Under the pieces are notes generated by a model that was not told the origin of the DNA, did no database searches, and saw only the letters and a list, made by a program, of their open reading frames with translations. A stretch of 32,000 nucleotides of DNA from Mucisphaera calidilacus. Lineage in GTDB: Bacteria; Planctomycetota; Phycisphaerae; Phycisphaerales; Phycisphaeraceae. A program made the translations under genes and the position numbers. This document shows, piece after piece, positions 8,680 to 15,545 of this stretch; the stretch's first letter is position 1; the number at the start of each line of letters is the position of its first letter. The stretch lies in contig NZ_CP036280.1 of the NCBI RefSeq assembly GCF_007748075.1, positions 1,650,001 through 1,682,000 of the forward strand, in the 5' to 3' direction.

Positions 8680-10257
8680 TCAGCGACTCAGGCGGCGGTA
8701 ACGCGGAACGCGGTCGAGCGGTGTCGGCGTCGTCAACGCCATCGGACCGGTGTGCGTCTGACCCAGATCGTCTTCCCAGCGTCCCTCCGGCAGTTGGACC
8801 GTCCGCTCGCTCTGGCGCGGCCGGGTGACCGGTGCCGCCAGAAGATCCGGGCCGAGCATGAACTGATCGGTGCAGCCGGCTAATCCCTGATGCGGATAGT
8901 GGTACTCCATGGGCCGAACGATGGGCTCGCTGGTACGCGCGGCCCGCTCGGCCAGGTCGAGAATCAGCGGGCCTAGAGCGACATGCAACTCAGCCGCTTC
9001 GAGACAGAGCCGATTGTGCTCCTCACCAAGCAACCGCCAGGGTGCCGCTGAGAACTGCATCATGGGGAGACAGGCGGCGATCTGTGCGTGGCGGACGAAC
9101 AGCTCCGGATCCAGTCGTTCATTCCCGTCCACGAAGCTCAGCCATTCGCCGCCGCCGATCATGTCGGGACAGGTAAACGGCAGTCCGGTCAGGGACATGG
9201 CCAGCGTAAACGGGATCAACGACCCGACCCCCGACGCCTCCGACCAGTCGTGGTGACGGTCACGCAGCCGCTGAGCCACGCCACGCCCACCGACCCCGAA
9301 GCCACCCTTCACCTCGACCATACCCGCACGCATGGAGGCATCGACGAACAGCCTCGTCTGGTCCATCGGCGTCGTGCCCGGCAGGTACGTCTGGTCATCA
9401 TCCCGGTAGTGACTGGTGTCGCCCGCATCAACTTTAAATCCGTCAATACCGTGCCGCTCACGCAACGCCTCCAGCTGACCGAGGAACCAGTTCACGCTCT
9501 CCGGGTTCGAGAAGTCAACAAGCGCCGAGTAGCCGTTCCACCAGCGACGGCAGGCCGCGTCTCCATCCGCCTGACGGAGCAGCTTGTTCCCGTTCTTCAG
9601 ATCAATAAACCGGATGCCCTGAGGACTCACGAAGGGGCAGACCCAAAGCATCACGGCAAAACCGTCTGAATGAAGCGACGAGACCATCGCATCAGGATCG
9701 GGGAATCGCTCGTGGTCGAAACGCCATTCGCCGTAATCTCGCGCCCAGCCGTCGTCGATCATCAGCACCCCCGGCGGGTACCCAGCCTCACGCAAAGCCG
9801 ACGTGTAGGCCAGCACCTTCTCCTGCGACGGCTCATACAGCAGCTCGATCCAGGTGTTGTACTGCGGCGCGGTAAAGAATCTTGCGTCCGGACACCTGCC
9901 GTCGGGCTGGAAAACATCTCGGCTCGCGTAGGCGTAGGCATCCGACAGCGTAGAGCCCGCCTCCACAAGGACCGGCGGCTTCATGTCAGGCAGCCGGGGC
10001 TCACTCGGCCCGGTCTGCATCACACCCGAGGCATCAAACGAGAACGCGAACGGGTCGGACGACCAGACCACACGGCCATGACTCGACAACAGGAGCGACA
10101 TCGCCTGGTTCCCGCCCGTATGCCGAAGGTCTGTCGAGAAGACACGACCATCACCGTAAGGGCTGTGATGCCCGTCGACGACGCGTCCGCCCCACCATCG
10201 TTCACCCGCAAGCGGCTCGACACGCAGAGATTCGGATGCAACCGGACTGAGACTCAT
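8680..10257 (-). CDS. clan GH-D TIM-barrel glycosidase, most like GH31 (NET37/MYORG-like subgroup); no signal peptide
   Basis: VLMIDDGWARDYGEWRFDHERFPDPDAMVSSLHSDGFAVMLWVCPFVSP and HGIDGFKVDAGD resemble the GH31 blocks (compare E. coli YicI GVDCFKTDFGE, from memory). Assignment to GH31 rather than GH36/GH27 is uncertain. Confidence 0.55.
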   Translation of the reverse strand: MSLSPVASESLRVEPLAGERWWGGRVVDGHHSPYGDGRVFSTDLRHTGGNQAMSLLLSSHGRVVWSSDPFAFSFDASGVMQTGPSEPRLPDMKPPVLVEAGSTLSDAYAYASRDVFQPDGRCPDARFFTAPQYNTWIELLYEPSQEKVLAYTSALREAGYPPGVLMIDDGWARDYGEWRFDHERFPDPDAMVSSLHSDGFAVMLWVCPFVSPQGIRFIDLKNGNKLLRQADGDAACRRWWNGYSALVDFSNPESVNWFLGQLEALRERHGIDGFKVDAGDTSHYRDDDQTYLPGTTPMDQTRLFVDASMRAGMVEVKGGFGVGGRGVAQRLRDRHHDWSEASGVGSLIPFTLAMSLTGLPFTCPDMIGGGEWLSFVDGNERLDPELFVRHAQIAACLPMMQFSAAPWRLLGEEHNRLCLEAAELHVALGPLILDLAERAARTSEPIVRPMEYHYPHQGLAGCTDQFMLGPDLLAAPVTRPRQSERTVQLPEGRWEDDLGQTHTGPMALTTPTPLDRVPRYRRLSR

Positions 10258-10310
10258 CTGAGGATTCCCTTGGCACGTTCAGAAAGTAAAAAAGAGAGAG
10301 CGAGGCGAAC

Positions 10311-11462
10311 TCAGGCCTTGCTCGTGTTGCCGCTGCCCAGCGACAGGGTTCCCGCCGGCTTGATCACGACCCGTGGGGTCGGCGCAAGTGCCTCAGCAAA
10401 ACGATCGGCCCCGCGCGGCGGGCGCGAAGGCACACGCATCACGTGGCGAAGATTCAACCACACCTGACTGGCCAGGCCCGCAGAATTCATATCGCCCTCC
10501 ACCAGGCCACGCCCCAGAACAATGCCCTCATTCGGGGCCGCCCAAGATCCCTCCGAAGTAATCGAGAACCCGCCGTCGTCACGCAAGCAGGTCAACAGAT
10601 TACGGGTCGAGATGCGCAGCAGGTCTTCCCGGTCCGAATCGGGCGGGGAGTACGACATGTGAGGTTCAACCGCGAGAAAGAGATTGATCGCGTTCGAGAT
10701 CCACGTCACACGCGGCGCCGGGTGCTCCCGGACACATTCCATCAGAGACCCGTAGACGGCGTCGGCCTTCGGGAAGGGGCACCTGCCCGCAAGCAGATAG
10801 ATCGCCTTGAACGCGCCGGAAATCATGACGTAAGGCTCGCCGCTCCCCCACAGCCCGGTCTCCCGATCCTGTCGCTGAATGACGAGATCAATCATATTGG
10901 CGATCGCACGACCTGCGGCATCGCTGTTCATATTGTCCAGGATCTGCGCACGCGACGAGACCTGATCCAAAGCCTGCCAGGGGTTGGACCAGTCTCTGGC
11001 CTCGATCCACTGCTCCAGCATCTCAGGCTCAAGCGCCTCGTTCTTCAACTCACCCGAGAACTCCGTCGGCAACGCGTAACGCGGCTTGCTCCCCAGCAGG
11101 TCGAGTCCGATCCTGCAGTAATCGAGATACCGCCCGAGCATGCGCTCGGGATTGGCGTGCGGATCGCCGTCCTTCGCACGAAAATAGCCGTCCGAATGCT
11201 GGTGCTGATTCAGGAATGAGGCGGTCGCCCGCTGCCGCTCCGTCCCAAAGACAGGCAACAACTCCGCCCTGCTCATGATCCGTATCGCCTGCCCGGTTGA
11301 TTCGAGGTCGGGACGGTACAGATCGGGGGACTCCAGGCTGCTGAGCTGGTAGTAGAACCCGCCCGTCCGAGTGTCATAAAGCCGGGCGAGCCAGACGTAG
11401 AGAGCGTCAAACGCCTCTTCAAGGGCCGCAAAGCCAACGTGTTCCTGGACTTCATTCGACAT
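10311..11462 (-). CDS. hypothetical protein with prenyltransferase/squalene-oxidase-like (alpha/alpha toroid) repeats
   Basis: Four spaced copies of a polar-x-(D/T)GGF/W-type motif: YDTRTGGFYY, QHQHSDGYFR, RQDRETGLWG, LRDDGGFSIT. There is no signal peptide. It lies between the LacI gene and the GH31-like gene on the same strand, with gaps of 61 and 53 nt. Confidence 0.45.
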   Translation of the reverse strand: MSNEVQEHVGFAALEEAFDALYVWLARLYDTRTGGFYYQLSSLESPDLYRPDLESTGQAIRIMSRAELLPVFGTERQRATASFLNQHQHSDGYFRAKDGDPHANPERMLGRYLDYCRIGLDLLGSKPRYALPTEFSGELKNEALEPEMLEQWIEARDWSNPWQALDQVSSRAQILDNMNSDAAGRAIANMIDLVIQRQDRETGLWGSGEPYVMISGAFKAIYLLAGRCPFPKADAVYGSLMECVREHPAPRVTWISNAINLFLAVEPHMSYSPPDSDREDLLRISTRNLLTCLRDDGGFSITSEGSWAAPNEGIVLGRGLVEGDMNSAGLASQVWLNLRHVMRVPSRPPRGADRFAEALAPTPRVVIKPAGTLSLGSGNTSKA

Positions 11463-11523
11463 GGCGTCTACTTCAGAGTGAGGTTGTGTGCTTCAGCTTC
11501 ACCGCGGAAAAAGCTCGCATTCC

Positions 11524-12687
11524 TTACGGATCACGAGGAGGAGGCGCCGTCGAGGCGCGGACAATAAAACGGCCGGCAACCCGCTCATGAAGCACCTCAT
11601 CGGGGTCGGGGCCGCCGTTGGCCAGATCACTCAACAGGAGGTCGGCACCGCGCCGACCCAGCCCGGGGTAGTCAACTTCCATCGTGGTCAGCGGAGGATC
11701 GCAGAACCTCGAATCCGACAGGCCGTTAAACCCCGTGAACGACAGGTCACGCGGCACACGCAGACCGGCCTCCCGGATCCGATGCATGGCACCGATGGCC
11801 AGCGAATCCGTGGCACACACGACAGCGGTCGGCCGATCCTCTCGGCTCCATTGATCCAGAATCAGCGATCCGCCCAGCTGACCCAGGTCGTACTCGCTGT
11901 TGGCATAGATAGTCGATTCCTCGGCATCCTGATACCCATCGGCATCGTCCGGCGACGACACACCTTGCCAGGGCACCCTCAGGATGGCGTCGGGAGCAAC
12001 CGTCAAGCCGTGCTCCTGCATGCCCTGCTGATAGCCATGGATGCGCTGAAGCATCTCAGGCGACTCCGAATCGGTCGTCAGCAAAGCGATGCGACGGTGC
12101 CCAAGCTCGACCAGATGCGCGACGGACGTTCTCATACCCGTGGCGCTGTCATTCGCGATCGTGCGGATACGCGGGATCGGATCCTGTGAATAGACGATCA
12201 CCGGTCGGCCACGGTTGACGAATCGCTTGATGAGCACCTCGTCCGGCACGTGATGGCGATGAATGCAGACCAAACCGTCAATCATGCGCCCCTCGAACTC
12301 ACGCAGGCCGACCTCCTCGGTCCTGGAGGTGCCATCGGTCAGCGCATTCACGACCAGCCAGCCCTCCTCCATCAGTCGGGACGTCAGTGCCGTGAGCCGA
12401 AGCAGGTGAACCGTCAGCGAGGTCGACGTCAGCAGCACGCCGATCGTGGAACTCTGCTGCGAGACCAGGCTGCGTGCATATAGATTCGGCGTGTACTCCA
12501 GATCCTCGATCGCCTTGGCGACACGCTCACGCAACTCGGGCGAAACCGACTTGTGACTATTGAGTACGCGACAGACCGTCGCCTGGCTGACGCCCAGATG
12601 CTTCGCCAGCTGAGCCTGCGTGGGCCCCTTGCGAGACCTGAGGCTCGTGGCGGTCGTGCTGTTCGATTTGTGCTGCTTGGCTTTCAT
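11524..12687 (-). CDS. LacI/GalR-family transcriptional regulator
   Basis: The N-terminal helix-turn-helix TQAQLAKHLGVSQATVCRVLNSHKSVSPELRERVAKAIEDLEYTPNLYARSL is followed by a periplasmic-binding-protein-like sugar-binding core (TIGVLL..., GLVCIH..., TAVVCATDSLAIGAM). Confidence 0.92.
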   Translation of the reverse strand: MKAKQHKSNSTTATSLRSRKGPTQAQLAKHLGVSQATVCRVLNSHKSVSPELRERVAKAIEDLEYTPNLYARSLVSQQSSTIGVLLTSTSLTVHLLRLTALTSRLMEEGWLVVNALTDGTSRTEEVGLREFEGRMIDGLVCIHRHHVPDEVLIKRFVNRGRPVIVYSQDPIPRIRTIANDSATGMRTSVAHLVELGHRRIALLTTDSESPEMLQRIHGYQQGMQEHGLTVAPDAILRVPWQGVSSPDDADGYQDAEESTIYANSEYDLGQLGGSLILDQWSREDRPTAVVCATDSLAIGAMHRIREAGLRVPRDLSFTGFNGLSDSRFCDPPLTTMEVDYPGLGRRGADLLLSDLANGGPDPDEVLHERVAGRFIVRASTAPPPRDP

Positions 12688-12720
12688 GCTTCAAGCGTCG
12701 GCCTGATCACGGTTCGGGTT

Positions 12721-12736
12721 ATGAATATTTATTCAG
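12721..12736. promoter_or_regulatory. LacI-family operator variant ATGAATATTTATTCAG (likely autoregulatory site)
   Basis: The arms TGAATA/TATTCA are conserved and the centre is TT instead of CG. It sits 33 nt upstream of the LacI-family start codon (12687, minus strand). Read toward that gene it gives GAATAAATATTCATAA. Confidence 0.5.
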
Positions 12737-12763
12737 ATTTGGCCTCTGTTTGACCCATCCGAC

Positions 12764-12779
12764 TTGAATACCTATTCAT
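12764..12779. promoter_or_regulatory. LacI-family operator variant TTGAATACCTATTCAT facing the uxaE-like gene
   Basis: The arms TGAATA/TATTCA are conserved and the centre is CC. It lies 43 bp centre to centre from the 12721 site. A TTGACC (12750-12755) sits 17 nt upstream of TATTCA (12773-12778), so the operator would overlap a candidate -10. Confidence 0.5.
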
Positions 12780-12799
12780 ATACAGCATAGCAGTTGACC

Positions 12800-12996
12800 C
12801 GACCAAAGCAAGACAATCCGCGACGAAACAGCGCCAACCGTGAAAAGACGCATCCCGCGCGGCCGCACAATCAACCCCCAAGCCGCAACGCCGCCAATCC
12901 CCCAGATACCCCGATTAACCCCCACGGGGCAGCCGATAGAAACCACCCCAAACCCCATCGATCGATCAGTGAAGAGAACAACCCCGGAGACAGAGC
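12800..12996 (+). promoter_or_regulatory. long C/A-rich, G/T-poor 5' leader of the uxaE-like gene with a reiterated AAYCCCCA motif
   Basis: My hand count over 12841-12960 gives roughly C 45%, A 29%, G 18%, T 8%. Motif copies: AACCCCCA 12873-12880, AATCCCCCA 12896-12904, AACCCCCA 12917-12924, ACCACCCCA about 12942-12950, AAACCCCA 12950-12957, AACCCCGG 12980-12987. The leader ends in GGAG (12986-12989) 7 nt before ATG 12997. An in-frame TGA at 12970 excludes an upstream start. Confidence 0.35.
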
Positions 12997-14307
12997 ATGA
13001 CAACGCACCTCTTGCCCCAAACCCTCGGACTCGAACCCAGTTTTGGCTTTGGTGACCGGCTCGGCCTCGCCACCCAAGGACACGTCGCAGCACTCACGCA
13101 GAGGGGAGGTCCGATCCGTGGCATCTTCGCTCAGCAGTCAATCCGTGAACTCGCCCGCACCGCACGCCAGCCCGACGAGGTGATGGCGGCGGCAACGCTC
13201 GGCCTGCGGCACGCAGATTTTGACCAGCCCTGGGGCGCTGACGCGGATCATCTCAAAACAACCGCCGACGCCGAAAGAATGCTCGCCGCGGGCTTCACCT
13301 TCTTCACGATCGATCCCTCCGACTTTGTCGACCAGCAAGCCGATCACGATGAGACCCGGGTTCTCGACGCCAAGTTCGATGCCGTCCGTGAACAACTCGC
13401 GTGGCACGAGCATTACGTTGGACGGGTCGTCGAGATCCCCAACGGGCCCGGCTTCGAGCTGGACGAGCAGACCGTTCGCCGGGCCATCGTCAAGTATGGC
13501 CGAGCCATCGAACACGCCGTCGGACTGGCGAACTACATACACGAGGCAGCGCGTCACGCCGGACGGACCGTTGAACTCGAGATCAGTGTGGACGAAACGG
13601 ATCAGCCGACCACCGTGCCGGAACACTTCATCATTGCCGACCGCCTGCGCGTGTGCGGCACCACGATAGCCAGCCTCGCACCTCGCTTCGTTGGCGAGCT
13701 CGAGAAAGGCATCGATTACAAGGGTGACGTCGAGCACCTCACGAAGACGCTCACCGACCACGCTGCGATCGCAGAACACCTGGGCCCCTACAAGCTCAGC
13801 CTGCATTCCGGATCGGACAAGCTGTCGATGTACCAGCCCTTCGCCCAGGCGACCCGAGGGCGATTCCACGTCAAGACCGCGGGAACCAGCTATCTCGAAG
13901 CGCTGCGGGTTGTCGCCAGACACGATCCCAAAAGCTTCCGGGAGATCATCACCTTCTCACGATCTCACTACAACGAGGACCGTGCCACCTATCACGTCTC
14001 AGCAACGCTCAACGACGCACCGCCGGTCGAGGATGTCCGTGACGACACCGACCTCGAACGCCTCTACCTCGAGCGCTGGGATGAAGTCCCCGAAGGTGTC
14101 GGCTTCAACGCACCCGGTCGACAGATACTGCACTGCACCTTCGGCTCTGTGCTGTGCGATCAACGCCTCGGCACCATCCTTCGGCAAACGATTCAGGCTC
14201 ACCCGCAGACGTACACCAAGGTCCTGACCGAGCACTTCGTGCGCCACCTGAAACCTCTGGTCGCCGGGATCCGCTCCGCAGGCACGACGAGCCCACGTAG
14301 GGCATAA
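12997..14307 (+). CDS. uxaE: UxaE-family tagaturonate/fructuronate epimerase (or related ketose-phosphate 4-epimerase)
   Basis: Multiple blocks match my recollection of Thermotoga maritima UxaE: SFGFGDRLGLAT, IFAQQSIRE, WGADADHLK, GFTFFTIDPSD, SVDETDQPTT, RFVGELEKGIDYKGD, LSLHSGSDKLSMY, FHVKTAGTSYLEA, ILHCTFGSVL. Confidence 0.85.
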   Translation: MTTHLLPQTLGLEPSFGFGDRLGLATQGHVAALTQRGGPIRGIFAQQSIRELARTARQPDEVMAAATLGLRHADFDQPWGADADHLKTTADAERMLAAGFTFFTIDPSDFVDQQADHDETRVLDAKFDAVREQLAWHEHYVGRVVEIPNGPGFELDEQTVRRAIVKYGRAIEHAVGLANYIHEAARHAGRTVELEISVDETDQPTTVPEHFIIADRLRVCGTTIASLAPRFVGELEKGIDYKGDVEHLTKTLTDHAAIAEHLGPYKLSLHSGSDKLSMYQPFAQATRGRFHVKTAGTSYLEALRVVARHDPKSFREIITFSRSHYNEDRATYHVSATLNDAPPVEDVRDDTDLERLYLERWDEVPEGVGFNAPGRQILHCTFGSVLCDQRLGTILRQTIQAHPQTYTKVLTEHFVRHLKPLVAGIRSAGTTSPRRA

Positions 14308-14373
14308 CGACCCTGCGCACACCGCTGTCGGCCAGCAACAAGTGGCCTATCGTCCCCGTGAGCGGACGACCCC

Positions 14374-15540
14374 ATGACAGCACACGCACAAGGACACCCC
14401 ACCACCCACGAACACGCTCCCGTCGAGCAGCTCAAGAGCCTCACCAACGATGGCTACGGTCGCGCACGCCTCTGGCTTGGCATCACCGGCGTCGGGACTC
14501 TGGTGGTGACCGCGACGGCAGGCCTGACCGCCCTTCAACTCAATCCCGGGCTGGGCTCACTGGCCCCGGACATTGTGTTGCTCGCCTGTTTTCTTGGCTG
14601 CTACGTCCTGATCCAGCTTCCCTTTGACGTCCTCGGCGGATACGCCGTACCTCGCCACTTCGGTCGGCCGCACCCCCCCCTGAGGACGTTCATCCGCGGA
14701 TGGGCCCGGGGCGTCGCTGTTCACGCGGTGCTGCTCATGACCGCCGCCCTGGGCCTGATGCTCGCCACCCGACTGATGGGCATAACCGGAGCGCTGCTGT
14801 GGGCGTTGTTCCTGTCGGTGGGCCTGCTGCGTTTCCGCTGGCTCTACGCCGGCTGGCTCGCTTCGCTGAGGACAACGGATCGCGACACCACGACTCGCTG
14901 GGCGAAGGCCGCGGATCACGGCTTCACAGGCGGCCTCGACGGCATTCTCGGTCTCTCAGTCAATACCGTCCCCGAACTCTGGCGCAGCTATCTGCCCGAG
15001 GAACAACTGCGTCTTGTGCGCCTCCGTCGCGCTGAAGCAAAGGCCTCGGGGCTGTTCTTTCGCGGCAGGCTCATCGCGATCCTCTTCACGCTGACGGGCG
15101 TGCTCGCGGCCAGCCTCGTCGTAGGCTCTGAGTCCATGATGACCGCTGCGGGCGTCATCGAGTTTTCACTGCTCTTCACGCTCTGGTCATTCCTGGGCCT
15201 GCTCATCCTCCCCTCCGTATCGCGAGCGGCCGGTGACGCGCTCGATCGGCGACTCACAGCCAGTCACGACGACACCACCCCCGCCCTCACTGAGGCCCTG
15301 AACAACCTGAACCAGCTCCAGGATGCAGAGACACAACGCTCCGGACTGGTCGAAACGGTTTTCCACCCCATTCGGAGCCCCTCCCGGCGTCAGACAAACA
15401 GCTCGCCACCTCGCTTCGCCGGCTGGGACGCCGCACGAACTACGGTCTACCTCAGCGCCGCGGGCATTTCCTTGCTCGGCCGCGCCGTTCACTGCAATGT
15501 CGGCCGTCCGTCGCTCTGGGCCTACCTGCCCAGCGAGTAA
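14374..15540 (+). CDS. polytopic membrane protein with M48 (HtpX-like) peptidase architecture but no HExxH motif (putative pseudopeptidase)
   Basis: About six hydrophobic helices. DHGFTGG...ILGLSVNTVPELW...EEQLRLVRLRRAEAKASG is followed by two TM helices, then SRAAGDALDRRL...ALNNL...VFHPIRSPSRR. This parallels HtpX NAFATG...HEISHIANGD, two TM helices, REFHAD...THPPLDKRI. The HExxH position reads R-R-A-E-A (15025-15039). No HExxH occurs anywhere in the protein. Confidence 0.45.
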   Translation: MTAHAQGHPTTHEHAPVEQLKSLTNDGYGRARLWLGITGVGTLVVTATAGLTALQLNPGLGSLAPDIVLLACFLGCYVLIQLPFDVLGGYAVPRHFGRPHPPLRTFIRGWARGVAVHAVLLMTAALGLMLATRLMGITGALLWALFLSVGLLRFRWLYAGWLASLRTTDRDTTTRWAKAADHGFTGGLDGILGLSVNTVPELWRSYLPEEQLRLVRLRRAEAKASGLFFRGRLIAILFTLTGVLAASLVVGSESMMTAAGVIEFSLLFTLWSFLGLLILPSVSRAAGDALDRRLTASHDDTTPALTEALNNLNQLQDAETQRSGLVETVFHPIRSPSRRQTNSSPPRFAGWDAARTTVYLSAAGISLLGRAVHCNVGRPSLWAYLPSE

Positions 15541-15545
15541 GACCA

